A stretch of DNA of 64,000 nt from an uncultured virus (IMG/VR IMGVR_UViG_3300046411_001024) (Duplodnaviria > Heunggongvirae > Uroviricota > Caudoviricetes): the IMG/VR virus record IMGVR_UViG_3300046411_001024, one strand, 5' to 3'. Position 1 is the stretch's first letter; every line of letters starts with the position of its first letter. This document shows, in pieces, positions 36,385 to 46,032 of the stretch. Both the position numbers and the translations under genes were made by a program. The notes under the pieces were generated by a model, which did no database searches, was not told the DNA's origin, and worked only from the letters and a program-made list of their open reading frames with translations.

Positions 36385-37275
36385 TTAAAAGTCCTCAATT
36401 TCTTCTAATAATAAATTACAGCGATTTTCCATAAGATAATTGTATAGTTTCATCTTATCTCCCTTCGCTTTATTATTTAGGTACTCGTCCACGATAGCTT
36501 TTGAATATTCTTCAGGTATATGGTCAAGCGATATAACCCTTTCATTCCTATCCCACCTTTCCCTTTCTTCGTCAGTTCTACAGGCATCTCTACCAAAAGC
36601 ATAGAACTCCTCTAGGATTTTCTTGGTGACAGGTTTCTGCCTGACACCCTCCTGATGAAAGATATCATCAGGCGAAAATATGTTTGGTACACCATCACCA
36701 GTGTCACCTTTTACTATGTGCATAGTAGTAAATTCTTTAATAGTTTCCCCTTTAGCTAGAGTGACAAACTTTTTCTGCATAGGGGAAAACTGTTTTACAT
36801 GTGAATATTTTTGAAGCTGTTTAAAATCTTTATCCGATGATATGATTATTACTGGTTCATTATTACCGAATGTATCGGTATGATTTACGAGAGCACCAAT
36901 AACATCATCAGCTTCACATCTTTCTATACGCATAACTTTGTAAGGAGAGTTTTCATCTATCTCATCCCTTACTTTACTCATTATGGTAAATAAAATATCC
37001 CATGGCATGTCATCCTGTTCCCTAGATCCTGCTCGTTTAGATTTATAGTAAGGATGATAATCTTTTCTCCAATAATTAAAGCTGTCGCAACAAACAACTA
37101 AATCGCCATATTCTTTTCCGTACCTCTTCTTGTACATTTTAAGCGAAGATAAAATACAGTGACGAATAATATTCTCTACACCTTTTTCGTCACCTGAATT
37201 ATCTGCAGCAATCAGGTCTTGCCTGAAAGACATAATGTTAGATATTGCTACTTGGCTATAATCAATTAATATCAT
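36385..37275 (-). CDS. rnh: T4-type RNase H (5'-3' exonuclease)
   Basis: MILIDYSQ, YWRKD..PYYK, EADDVIG, SSDKDFKQLQ, GDTGDGVPN. Confidence 0.95.
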   Translation of the reverse strand: MILIDYSQVAISNIMSFRQDLIAADNSGDEKGVENIIRHCILSSLKMYKKRYGKEYGDLVVCCDSFNYWRKDYHPYYKSKRAGSREQDDMPWDILFTIMSKVRDEIDENSPYKVMRIERCEADDVIGALVNHTDTFGNNEPVIIISSDKDFKQLQKYSHVKQFSPMQKKFVTLAKGETIKEFTTMHIVKGDTGDGVPNIFSPDDIFHQEGVRQKPVTKKILEEFYAFGRDACRTDEERERWDRNERVISLDHIPEEYSKAIVDEYLNNKAKGDKMKLYNYLMENRCNLLLEEIEDF

Positions 37276-37595
37276 GGAAAAACTCTTCTCGTTGGTGGGT
37301 TGTTAGTAGCAGTATGCCCAGGATAATAAAATGAAATCATCCTATCATATTTAAAGGATCGCCATTCATTTATCTCAGTATCAAAAACTACAAATAAATC
37401 CATATTATTATTTGCTTTATCGCTTTTAGGCATTTTTTCTTCAGGGATCCATCTACTATTAGTTGTAAACTTTCCTTCCCTTTCAGTACCATCTTCCTTT
37501 TTAAATTTAACAGTACACACAGACTCACCTAGTTGTTGTCGCATTTGAGTTTTCATATTCAAATCAAACTTTCGGTCATCATATTCATCAGTCAT
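37272..37595 (-). CDS. SH3/Sm-like beta-barrel protein (WYL_2-like)
   Basis: VKFKKEDGTERE..T..VVFD....WRSF. Confidence 0.75.
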   Translation of the reverse strand: MTDEYDDRKFDLNMKTQMRQQLGESVCTVKFKKEDGTEREGKFTTNSRWIPEEKMPKSDKANNNMDLFVVFDTEINEWRSFKYDRMISFYYPGHTATNNPPTRRVFP

Positions 37596-37608
37596 ACAAA
37601 CATCTCCA

Positions 37609-37794
37609 TTATAAAGTTAATCGATAAGGCATAACATTATCTACCCATTCTCCGCACACATATAATGTAGGACTCATGTCCTTAGCAATCTCTTGGGCTT
37701 CCTCTAATGTATTAGCTTCTATATCTTCAGAAGCATAAGTCTTACGAGAGCCATCACTTAGTGTTACATCGAACTGGGTCAAAAATATCGCCAT
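37609..37794 (-). CDS. Hypothetical protein
   Basis: 61 aa; I.A.TLEEAQ..A motif; promoter directly upstream. Confidence 0.7.
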   Translation of the reverse strand: MAIFLTQFDVTLSDGSRKTYASEDIEANTLEEAQEIAKDMSPTLYVCGEWVDNVMPYRLTL

Positions 37795-37800
37795 AGTTAT

Positions 37801-37829
37801 ATTCTAGTTCTTAAAAACTTAAAAGTAAA
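37801..37829 (-). promoter_or_regulatory. Sigma70-like promoter, TTTACT class
   Basis: TTTACT-TTTAAG..(17 nt)-TAGAAT. Confidence 0.75.
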
Positions 37830-37860
37830 GGGGAGTGATACTGATGACCGACTCCCCTTT
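37827..37860 (-). terminator. Terminator hairpin after the HTH gene
   Basis: AAAGGGGAGT..ACTCCCCTTT inverted repeat followed by T-rich sequence. Confidence 0.75.
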
Positions 37861-37883
37861 ATAATCATATCAGGACGATGTGA

Positions 37884-38144
37884 TTACGCACCAATGAGTG
37901 CTCTATATCCAGCAGCAACTACTGCCCTTGTAGGTGTACCGATACGATACTTCTTATAGGTCTGACCCATAGAATTAGTTCTATTGTTCAGATAGATTGC
38001 AAAACCTTTCAATTTCAAGTTTTGCACAGTAGCATATGGATTCTTAATCCCAAATCTGCTACTGATTTGATTAGCAGTAAACTCACTGCCATTTTGTAAA
38101 GCACGAAGCAACCTTGCTTCTTGCGTCATTTTAACATTAGCCAT
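37884..38144 (-). CDS. Winged helix-turn-helix DNA-binding protein
   Basis: LL.AL..G..FTANQI..RFGIKNP.A.V..L..KGFAIY; own promoter, AGGAGG RBS and terminator. Confidence 0.75.
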   Translation of the reverse strand: MANVKMTQEARLLRALQNGSEFTANQISSRFGIKNPYATVQNLKLKGFAIYLNNRTNSMGQTYKKYRIGTPTRAVVAAGYRALIGA

Positions 38145-38201
38145 ATATCCTCCTTAGATAGTTTGGTAATTGTTGTATATCTGCTTTTACACAGTATTAT
38201 C

Positions 38202-38230
38202 ATTCTACTCTAAAAAAACTTAAAAGTAAA
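38202..38230 (-). promoter_or_regulatory. Sigma70-like promoter, TTTACT class
   Basis: GGACGATTTTAC-TTTACT-TTTAAG..(17 nt)-TAGAAT. Confidence 0.75.
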
Positions 38231-38398
38231 GTAAAATCGTCCAAAACTATTAAAACCAGTGTTTTCAGCCCCCATTAGATAAAAACGGACTCTCCATTTC
38301 GCTCTGGAGTGGTGAAAGTCGATGAGCATAAGGGTTTATACCAGGAAAAAAGATGTGCTTTCCAGTGAGCTGTGAGAAGCTCTATATTTGAAATGCCC

Positions 38399-39145
38399 TT
38401 ATTTTACCCTGTTTTTAAGGTTTTTAAGAGCTGTTTCTAGCTTTAAAGGTATATATGGGGCAAATTGGAGGGTTGTGCGTGGTTTATTACTATGGTTTCT
38501 AACACCATGAATAGTAGATAGGTTGATAAGGCAGGTTCCATTATTCTGATGAGTGAATACTCTGGTGCATTCTGCCTGTTCTTTCTCAGTTAAGATAGCA
38601 TAGATATCTTCCCTATGCTTAAATTTTTCTTTATCTCTTTGAGCAATAGATTCTTGGAAATTAAAATCCCATGTTGGGTGAGAGTAGAAGTCTGTATGAT
38701 GTTCTCCTTCTCCCCAAGTCATGTTTATCGCCCACGAGTCTCCATGCTGGCGAGAATGACAATGTAATGCCATCTTAGAATTAGGTGGTGTGGTTAGAAC
38801 AATACAATACCAACCTCCAGGAATCCAATTAAGATATCTATGTACAACTTCAGGTATTACCTCTGGGCGAAGTTCCCAAGGAAAAGAGTTTTGTTTCCAT
38901 TGACCACCATGTTCATGACTATCTGCATATTCACCAACATTAAAATGCATCTCTTGGTCTAATAGATTAATATCTTCATGTTGAAGACCAGTAGTTTGTT
39001 CCCCATCCTTTGTAAGATTGATAACTGTAATTGTTTTCTTATCAGTTGACCAAAGATTAGGTCTTTCTATTTTAGGGATGTTTAATGGGATTAAGTATTT
39101 AGATTGAATAAGGGACTTGTTTCCACTTACCACTTTCTTGGTCAT
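38399..39145 (-). CDS. Cupin/2OG-like oxygenase (putative)
   Basis: LHCH..WAINM..LINLSTIHGVRN..RTTLQF. Confidence 0.55.
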   Translation of the reverse strand: MTKKVVSGNKSLIQSKYLIPLNIPKIERPNLWSTDKKTITVINLTKDGEQTTGLQHEDINLLDQEMHFNVGEYADSHEHGGQWKQNSFPWELRPEVIPEVVHRYLNWIPGGWYCIVLTTPPNSKMALHCHSRQHGDSWAINMTWGEGEHHTDFYSHPTWDFNFQESIAQRDKEKFKHREDIYAILTEKEQAECTRVFTHQNNGTCLINLSTIHGVRNHSNKPRTTLQFAPYIPLKLETALKNLKNRVK

Positions 39146-39398
39146 AGTAAAATTCCTGACATGAGTGTGACCAAAATTCTACATAGTAAGTAGTTTCCCC
39201 ATGAGATATAGTGTAGTTTCCTGTCTCATCCTTTTGAAATGGTAATGGGTATTCTTTTATATTATTCTTTAAAAAATAAGCACACTCGTTTCTATTTTCA
39301 AATGGTATAGTCCAGTTGGAATGAAGAGTGTCTCCACTGCCTACAAATGCAGTAAGCACTATGTAAAAAATAGTATCTATGAAAATATCTGGCATCAT
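39099..39398 (-). CDS. Hypothetical secreted protein
   Basis: 99 aa, hydrophobic N-terminus, FENRNEC motif. Confidence 0.6.
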   Translation of the reverse strand: MMPDIFIDTIFYIVLTAFVGSGDTLHSNWTIPFENRNECAYFLKNNIKEYPLPFQKDETGNYTISHGETTYYVEFWSHSCQEFYYDQESGKWKQVPYSI

Positions 39399-41236
39399 TT
39401 TGGTTCGTATATTGTTATAAGTTCTTCTTTTCCCTTCACCTTGATTTTATCAAGTTCTTTGGATTCAATACTATTTAGGGCATCTTTGGTGTACTGAGAA
39501 TATAGAGTATGACAGTTTTTATAGTTTCTAGTTTGAGCTTCTAATCTGGCAGCAAGGTTTACTGCGTCACCGATTACTGAGTAATCAAATCTCATTTCAC
39601 TACCCATATTTCCTACAATACATGTACCAGTATTTACACCTGAGCCAATATTAATCTCAGGTAATCCTGCTTCTTTATATTCTTTCTTTAATTTTTGTGT
39701 TTCTTCAGCACACTCTATAGAAGTTTTGACTGCCAACTCTGCGTGATTATCACAATCAAGTGGAGCATTCCAGAATGCCATAATACAGTCGCCCATATAT
39801 TTATCGACACACCCACCATTAGCCAATACAATTTTAGTCATACGATTTAAGTAATCATTGATGAGTTCAACTAATCCTTCTGGGTCATCTTTATTTTTAA
39901 AATACTCAGATATAGGAGTAAAGCCAACTATATCCATAAATAAGAAACTCATCTCTCTTTTCTCACCACCCAGTTTTAATTTACTTGGATCTTTTTGTAA
40001 TATAGCAACTTGTCTTGGATCTAGATATCTTTCAAACTGTTTTCTTATTTGTTGTTTTAAATTAAACTCTAGGATAAATCTAGTAAAGGTAGCATGAAAA
40101 CCTACAAGGAATGTAGCTATTACAAACCAAGATACATCTACTAGCCAACCATAATAAGTAAATGCGAAGTATGCTTTCGCGATGGCAGCAGATACAACCA
40201 CACCTAGATAAATTGCCAACCAAGCATAAGGTAAAAACCTACAAGCAAAGATAGTAATAATACACCAAAACATCATTAGCATTATTTCTGCTAATGGCAA
40301 CCAATCTACTCTAGTTATTTGTTCGCCTGATAAAACAGTTTGTAATGTAGAAGCAGTTATATAATGTGAATACTGTTCACCTCTTGGTGTAGCAATTATA
40401 TTAGATATACCAGCAGCAGTTGGAGATACGATTATAGTTTTACCAAATAATAATAAATCATTTATCCCATTTTCTACATCCATCATTGACATAGTATGAT
40501 ATTCTTTATCGTGCCTTAACCATATTCTAGCATTCGCATCAGTTTCAATAGTAGCGAATCCTGGAACTCTCATAGCTTGTATGCCACCATCACCTGCTTT
40601 TACTTGATAGGATGGGTCGCCCACTGCGACTCTAATAACTTCTATGGCTATACTAGGATATATGTCATTATCTATTTTCATAAGTAGAGGAACTCTACGA
40701 ACAACACCATCTATTTCAGGTGCAGTATTTACAACACCTACACCATTTGCTGCCTGACCAAGTTGTGGTATTGGACCAAGCATACCACCCCACTCAAATA
40801 AGTATGGTAATGGGTCACCTATTTTAGCCACACCTCTAGGCACACCATTCTTATTAATATCATTAGTTCCTAATTGAGCGATAACAGTTCCTGCTTTTAG
40901 TGTAGATTCAAACACCCAGTCGCCATCCTCTCTATCTTTTTCTGAGAATAATATTGGGAATACTATTACACCTGCTCCAGCTTCTCTTAATTTTTCTATA
41001 AGGAAACTGTAGTGTACTCTAGAGAATGGGTATTGACCTTTGACATCTAATGTAGCTTCGTCTATTTCAACTATAACTATATCTTCAGAAAAAGTTTTTT
41101 CTTCTGATGCTAATAGAAAATCAAAAGATTTTAATTTAATTATTTCTTTGAAGTCAGGATTGTATAATCCGATACCTGCCAGAATGGCAAGTGTTATGAA
41201 CGCACTAGTCCAGTGTGTTAGAATCTTTTTTATCAT
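39395..41236 (-). CDS. CHASE2-domain adenylate/guanylate cyclase
   Basis: IVIVEIDE..GQYPFSR and DGVVRRVPL (CHASE2); three TM helices; FMDIVGFT, DKYMGDCIMAFWNAP, GDAVNLAARLE (class III cyclase). Confidence 0.95.
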   Translation of the reverse strand: MIKKILTHWTSAFITLAILAGIGLYNPDFKEIIKLKSFDFLLASEEKTFSEDIVIVEIDEATLDVKGQYPFSRVHYSFLIEKLREAGAGVIVFPILFSEKDREDGDWVFESTLKAGTVIAQLGTNDINKNGVPRGVAKIGDPLPYLFEWGGMLGPIPQLGQAANGVGVVNTAPEIDGVVRRVPLLMKIDNDIYPSIAIEVIRVAVGDPSYQVKAGDGGIQAMRVPGFATIETDANARIWLRHDKEYHTMSMMDVENGINDLLLFGKTIIVSPTAAGISNIIATPRGEQYSHYITASTLQTVLSGEQITRVDWLPLAEIMLMMFWCIITIFACRFLPYAWLAIYLGVVVSAAIAKAYFAFTYYGWLVDVSWFVIATFLVGFHATFTRFILEFNLKQQIRKQFERYLDPRQVAILQKDPSKLKLGGEKREMSFLFMDIVGFTPISEYFKNKDDPEGLVELINDYLNRMTKIVLANGGCVDKYMGDCIMAFWNAPLDCDNHAELAVKTSIECAEETQKLKKEYKEAGLPEINIGSGVNTGTCIVGNMGSEMRFDYSVIGDAVNLAARLEAQTRNYKNCHTLYSQYTKDALNSIESKELDKIKVKGKEELITIYEPK

Positions 41237-41633
41237 ACCAATTTGATATCGCTTTCTTTATTCCTTCTTCTGCTAATACTGAACAGTGAATTTTAATTGG
41301 TGGTAAATCTAATGCTTCAGCTATCTCATCGTTTGTAATCGCCATAGCTTGTTCAATAGTTTTACCTTTTAACATATCTACGAACATTGTAGAGGATGCA
41401 ATAGCAGAACCACACCCATATGTTTTAAACTTGACATCTAATATCTTGGCTTTATCAGGATCGTTAGCTTGGTCAAGTTTTAGTTGAAGTTTCATGACAT
41501 CCCCACATGATGGGGCACCAACCATACCAGTGGCTATATCTGAATCCTGCGGATTGAATTTACCAACCGCATGCTTTTCAGGATTGCGTAGAACACTTTC
41601 AAATCTTTCTACGACTTCTTTAGAATAAGCCAC
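41205..41633 (-). CDS. iscU: Fe-S cluster scaffold protein
   Basis: GAPSCGDVM, FKTYGCGSAIASS, LPPIKIHCSVLAE. Confidence 0.95.
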   Translation of the reverse strand: MAYSKEVVERFESVLRNPEKHAVGKFNPQDSDIATGMVGAPSCGDVMKLQLKLDQANDPDKAKILDVKFKTYGCGSAIASSTMFVDMLKGKTIEQAMAITNDEIAEALDLPPIKIHCSVLAEEGIKKAISNWYDKKDSNTLD

Positions 41634-41660
41634 AATATTATTTAGTTATTTATTTTTTCT

Positions 41661-42386
41661 TTAATCTGCCACTGTGACATTACACCCATTACTAGAATTA
41701 CAAAACTGATTAAGCGAGTACGAACTGTTGCTATATCCATTATTCTGGTTGAGATCTAAGTTAGTCGGATAGTTGCCATCTAGAGTTATGGTAGCAGTAT
41801 GAGCAGAGTTATAACCCATCTGATAAGCAACTACATTATTATTATCATTATTTATAGTTAGGTTAAATGTTTTTGACCCATCGTGACCTTGCATTATTCC
41901 AACATTATTACCATCACTGTATATTTTTAAATCTATTGAATGCGCACTATATATTTGACTTGGTGAACCATTTCTTTGAGCCATATAGACATCGTTATTA
42001 TCTCCTTGTAGATATAACTTTTGATTGTGATTGCCAGCTTCTTGATTATCTGTTTGTGTAAAGTTTGTAAAGTTTGTAGTGCCTACACCCATACCCATGA
42101 ATATATCATTACTATGACCATTAATATCAACATGTGCTGTTGAGAAGGTAGAAGTTGAAACAGTTTGTTTTTGTGTAATCTTTAGGGAGTTATTATTACC
42201 AACGATACTAGCAGTTTGATTATGATATCCTCTAATTAAATTATTACCAGTACCATCTTGAATTACTTCTAGATTAAAATTATTTCCTGATTGGTTTATA
42301 TAAAGTTCGCTACCGAATGCTTCGGTCGCAAATAAAACAAAAAATATAATACTACTGATTTTGTAAAATATTGATGACATTGTCAT
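41661..42386 (-). CDS. Curlin-repeat protein (CsgB/CsgA-like)
   Basis: Signal peptide; repeated I.Q.G..N / G..N.V units; terminal Cys pair. Confidence 0.75.
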   Translation of the reverse strand: MTMSSIFYKISSIIFFVLFATEAFGSELYINQSGNNFNLEVIQDGTGNNLIRGYHNQTASIVGNNNSLKITQKQTVSTSTFSTAHVDINGHSNDIFMGMGVGTTNFTNFTQTDNQEAGNHNQKLYLQGDNNDVYMAQRNGSPSQIYSAHSIDLKIYSDGNNVGIMQGHDGSKTFNLTINNDNNNVVAYQMGYNSAHTATITLDGNYPTNLDLNQNNGYSNSSYSLNQFCNSSNGCNVTVAD

Positions 42387-43473
42387 TTCCTCCTAGTTCG
42401 TAATCAAATATGGCAAAGTCATTTTGTGTAAATGAAATTACATAACCATATTCTTTATCTAATCTAAGTTCAAAAAAGTTTCCTGCTCCCTCTCTAGAAT
42501 AAACCCAATGTGGATCTTCATCTAGAATTATAATGCCAGTTTCAGGATCTTTACCTAATCTTATATCGCCTGTAGATTTTTGTTTATCAAACTCACTTCG
42601 CATAGCTTTAGCAAGTTCTTTATTAATTTGAGCCAAAATATCTACCAAAAAGTTTTGCTCTAAAAAATCTATATCTAATCCAGTTGCCCACTGGTCTTCT
42701 TCTTCCTCTAAATAATCTACCTCTAAATCGTCAAACTGTAGGAAGTCAATATCTAATGCCGATGCTACTTTATTATATGCTGCTTCTCTCGCTTCACCTT
42801 CTTCTATTTCTTTCGGCTTTGACACGATAAGTAAATTGCCTATCATATCCTCATCTAAATTTAGTAATACTGGTTTCATCGGCTGTGATGATACAGTACT
42901 AACTACTGTTGCTTGAAATGCTTGGTTAAGTATTACTTGACCTATATCTGATTCTACTGATATCTCACCTACAAAGCAAGCACCAGTAGAGTCGCAACTT
43001 GGTAGTAATATAATTGTAGAACCACCAATCTCATCAACAGTCATGCTAAAGTCAGTTCCCCTTACAGCGATAGTTGCTGTAGGTGTAGTGATATTAACAT
43101 CTTGCCTTGAGTTCTTTGCTATCTGACCTGAAGCATATCTGATTGTTCCTAAACTTGCTTTCAATGACAGTTTTCCTGTCTTAGCTTTAGGATCGTAAAC
43201 GAATTCATCAATGATTAGTTTAGAATGTTCTGTGACATCTACCCTTGTATCATCTACGAAGTCTATAGAAGTTTTACCATCACCAGTCTTTACAGTGTCA
43301 TAGCTGAAAACATCTAAATCTTCTGTAGTGTTTACTGACTCGCCATCAGCTTTTCTTTCAATAAACCCACTTCCTTGATGGATAGTGACTTTACCAATAT
43401 CGGCTTTAGCTTCTTGTGAGCATAGTAGAAGCATGCCAAATATCGTCATTGGTATAGCGAGTTTCAAACTCAT
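42352..43473 (-). CDS. FecR-domain protein
   Basis: Signal peptide; DTVKTG, F.DDT.V.VTEHSKL.ID, TPTATIAVRGTDF. Confidence 0.88.
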   Translation of the reverse strand: MSLKLAIPMTIFGMLLLCSQEAKADIGKVTIHQGSGFIERKADGESVNTTEDLDVFSYDTVKTGDGKTSIDFVDDTRVDVTEHSKLIIDEFVYDPKAKTGKLSLKASLGTIRYASGQIAKNSRQDVNITTPTATIAVRGTDFSMTVDEIGGSTIILLPSCDSTGACFVGEISVESDIGQVILNQAFQATVVSTVSSQPMKPVLLNLDEDMIGNLLIVSKPKEIEEGEAREAAYNKVASALDIDFLQFDDLEVDYLEEEEDQWATGLDIDFLEQNFLVDILAQINKELAKAMRSEFDKQKSTGDIRLGKDPETGIIILDEDPHWVYSREGAGNFFELRLDKEYGYVISFTQNDFAIFDYELGGNDNVINILQNQ

Positions 43474-43489
43474 AACAAACCTTTACGAA

Positions 43490-44185
43490 TTAATCAGTTT
43501 GGCTAATATCGATGTCATGATTATCACCACTAGTCGTTAGTGTAATCATTTGGTCATTAATACCACTTTGTACTATATCCACATCAGCGATTCCGCCAGT
43601 ATGAGTATGTATCAGAGTATGTCCATTAACATCACCATTGCCATCCATGTCTATCAACCAGTTGTTAGTGTCACCATTCACAGTTATTGTCAGGATGGCA
43701 CTTGTACCATCTACTGTTGCTGCAACGACATTACTGTCGGAACCAGACTGACCAACTATATCTACATCAGCATTACCTGCTGCTGCAGTTTGACCAATAT
43801 CTAAATCGATGTCGTTTGAATTACCTGTAAAATTAATTACTGCATTAGCAGTACCACAAGAACTATTGTTTCCTTGGCTATCACAGTTTAAATCAACATT
43901 GTTTGAATTACCAACTAAATTAATAACACCACTATAAGTAGCACCATTAATCTGGTAAGTAATAACATTCGAGTTTCCTATTTGGTCAATGTTTAATGTA
44001 GTGGTGGCACCTGTCGAACTGGAAGCAGTCGTAGAATTACCAATAGTGTTATTTTGACCATCTTGAGTAATATCTAAGTCAAGTGTATCACCACTTTGCG
44101 TGACATAGACATCATTCGCCATCAAAAAACTACCAGCAAATAACAAAGGGACAAATAATATAGCTGTTTTAATGTATTCCCTCAT
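43490..44185 (-). CDS. Curlin-repeat protein (CsgA-like)
   Basis: Signal peptide; repeats VTQSG, ITQDGQNN, IDQIGNSN, LVGNSN, FTGNSN. Confidence 0.8.
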   Translation of the reverse strand: MREYIKTAILFVPLLFAGSFLMANDVYVTQSGDTLDLDITQDGQNNTIGNSTTASSSTGATTTLNIDQIGNSNVITYQINGATYSGVINLVGNSNNVDLNCDSQGNNSSCGTANAVINFTGNSNDIDLDIGQTAAAGNADVDIVGQSGSDSNVVAATVDGTSAILTITVNGDTNNWLIDMDGNGDVNGHTLIHTHTGGIADVDIVQSGINDQMITLTTSGDNHDIDISQTD

Positions 44186-45026
44186 CTTCTTTTTTCTCCT
44201 GTTTAAATTTCCAGAGTGACTTTTGCTCGCCCTGTTTTATTATTTCGATAATACAGTATTCTACTGCAGATCTTATAGCATAATTTACAGGTTCGTTTGC
44301 ACTTACCCCACTCTCAACCTCTATCGCTCTTGTGCCCATATCTATAAATCTAAAGGCATCAACTCCTGTCTTGTGAGATGCGATAGTTTTTGTACCATTT
44401 ACAGCTAGGATTACTTCTCCTGTTTGTACTGCTACAACTCTCATCGAGACAGTCACTTGGTCAACTCGATACTCTTCATGAGCACCGATACCAAAATATC
44501 TTACACCGAAGCCACCTGTATCAATATTAGTGTCATAGGAAACAACTCCTCCTTCTAATATTAATCCAGCAAATAATAGTGGCTTTAAACTATTTTTATT
44601 TGCTTCGTTTCCTTCATACGATTCTCTAGTGGATCGTATTAATTGTCTTTCTTTTACGAGGTTATCTAAGCCACCTCGTTCAACAACTTTAAACCATGTA
44701 CCATTACCAGCTTCTTTTAGTGCTTGTATCACCCAAACTTCTGGACCTTGAGTCACAGCAGTTGATAATTGTGAAAACTTTTGACTTGGTTTTCGTTGTC
44801 CAGTTTTATCACTAAAATTATAAACAGCAATCGTCATAATTTCTTGGTCTAGTTCTGGTAAATCAATCAGTAATTTATTTGTAGGAGTAGCATGATGGAA
44901 AGCACCCATCTCCTTGTAGTCATTTATTTTCTCAGGTGTGGTAGCACAACCTGCTAAAAAGAACAGACCCAACAATACTATGCCTTTATATAAATTGTGC
45001 ACTGAGCAACTCCCTTTAAAAAACAA
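44169..45026 (-). CDS. csgG: Curli secretion pore lipoprotein
   Basis: Lipobox LAGC; AVYNFSDKTGQRKP, STAVTQG, WFKVVER.GL.NL.KERQLIRS. Confidence 0.93.
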   Translation of the reverse strand: MFFKGSCSVHNLYKGIVLLGLFFLAGCATTPEKINDYKEMGAFHHATPTNKLLIDLPELDQEIMTIAVYNFSDKTGQRKPSQKFSQLSTAVTQGPEVWVIQALKEAGNGTWFKVVERGGLDNLVKERQLIRSTRESYEGNEANKNSLKPLLFAGLILEGGVVSYDTNIDTGGFGVRYFGIGAHEEYRVDQVTVSMRVVAVQTGEVILAVNGTKTIASHKTGVDAFRFIDMGTRAIEVESGVSANEPVNYAIRSAVEYCIIEIIKQGEQKSLWKFKQEKKEDEGIH

Positions 45027-45510
45027 AATCGCCGATAGGTACGCTCATGCTTGTCACAGATCCATTTTCATCTGTGATGGTAAGAGTTATAATTTCTGTT
45101 GTAGTATCCTTTACCCAATAGATAGTAGCACCCTCGACCTCTGAAGTACCACTTGTCGGACAGTTCGTAGTTGTACTGTCACAACTTGTACCGAACATAT
45201 TATCCACTAACTGCTTCGACAAGTTAGCATAAATTCTGGATTCAACATTTTTAATAAACTTAGCAACTGTAGTATTCTCTTGTTCCCTTGTTAATCTAGC
45301 AGCATCGCTTTTTGCTGCATCTTTTACATCTTGTCCTCTTGAATATTGCAGTTGCTCAACACTCAATACATGGGAACTGTATCCTGAACCAGAAAAAGCT
45401 GGGTTCCCAAACTCGAAAACCAGAGCATCAGCTAATGCTATGCTCGGTAATAGTAGCAAAAATGCTAGAATCTTCATACTATTATTTAGTTTTTTCATCC
45501 TTTTTTTCAT
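45016..45510 (-). CDS. csgF: Curli assembly component CsgF-like
   Basis: Signal peptide then LVFEFGNPAFSG; FIKNVESRIYANLSKQL; directly upstream of csgG. Confidence 0.85.
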   Translation of the reverse strand: MKKRMKKLNNSMKILAFLLLLPSIALADALVFEFGNPAFSGSGYSSHVLSVEQLQYSRGQDVKDAAKSDAARLTREQENTTVAKFIKNVESRIYANLSKQLVDNMFGTSCDSTTTNCPTSGTSEVEGATIYWVKDTTTEIITLTITDENGSVTSMSVPIGDFVF

Positions 45511-45778
45511 CCTGTTTCTTCTGTAATTCTTGTAATTCTATTACTGTATTAATCTTTGACTTCAGTCTTATAATATCATTATCTAACATACGAATCCTAT
45601 CTATCAATGCTATTAAAACTACATTGGCTTGGTCTAGCTTTTCAGCTATTAAGTTGGTAATGTAGTTATATATGAACCAGATAAACCAGCCCATACCAAC
45701 CACAGCCACTATCGGGAAGCCATATTCATTTATTATTTCAATCACGCCGAGCATCTTCTTTCCCATCGGCACGAGCAA
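45482..45778 (-). CDS. Small membrane protein (paralog pair, copy 2; start may be 45754)
   Basis: YGFPIVA..TM..LIDRIRMLDNDIIRL. Confidence 0.7.
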   Translation of the reverse strand: MLVPMGKKMLGVIEIINEYGFPIVAVVGMGWFIWFIYNYITNLIAEKLDQANVVLIALIDRIRMLDNDIIRLKSKINTVIELQELQKKQDEKKDEKTK

Positions 45779-46019
45779 TTCTTTCCTCGTCAGGTTTTAA
45801 ATTAAGTGAATGTGAAATAAGTATGTCGAGCTTTATCATATCATTATTCATATTTTTGATACGATTGTCGAGCATGGATATAATCCCATGCATGGTCTTC
45901 ACTTGGTCAGTGACACCTGATAGGATGTATTTTAGGATAATGTATATGAATGCCCCACCAGCAATACATCCTGCTATGGGCAGTCCTAGTTCTCCTATTA
46001 GTAAAAATATCTCATCCAT
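45738..46019 (-). CDS. Small membrane protein (paralog pair, copy 1)
   Basis: LGLPIAG..TM..LDNRIKNMNNDMIKL. Confidence 0.75.
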   Translation of the reverse strand: MDEIFLLIGELGLPIAGCIAGGAFIYIILKYILSGVTDQVKTMHGIISMLDNRIKNMNNDMIKLDILISHSLNLKPDEERIARADGKEDARRD

Positions 46020-46032
46020 AAAACCGAGTCTG

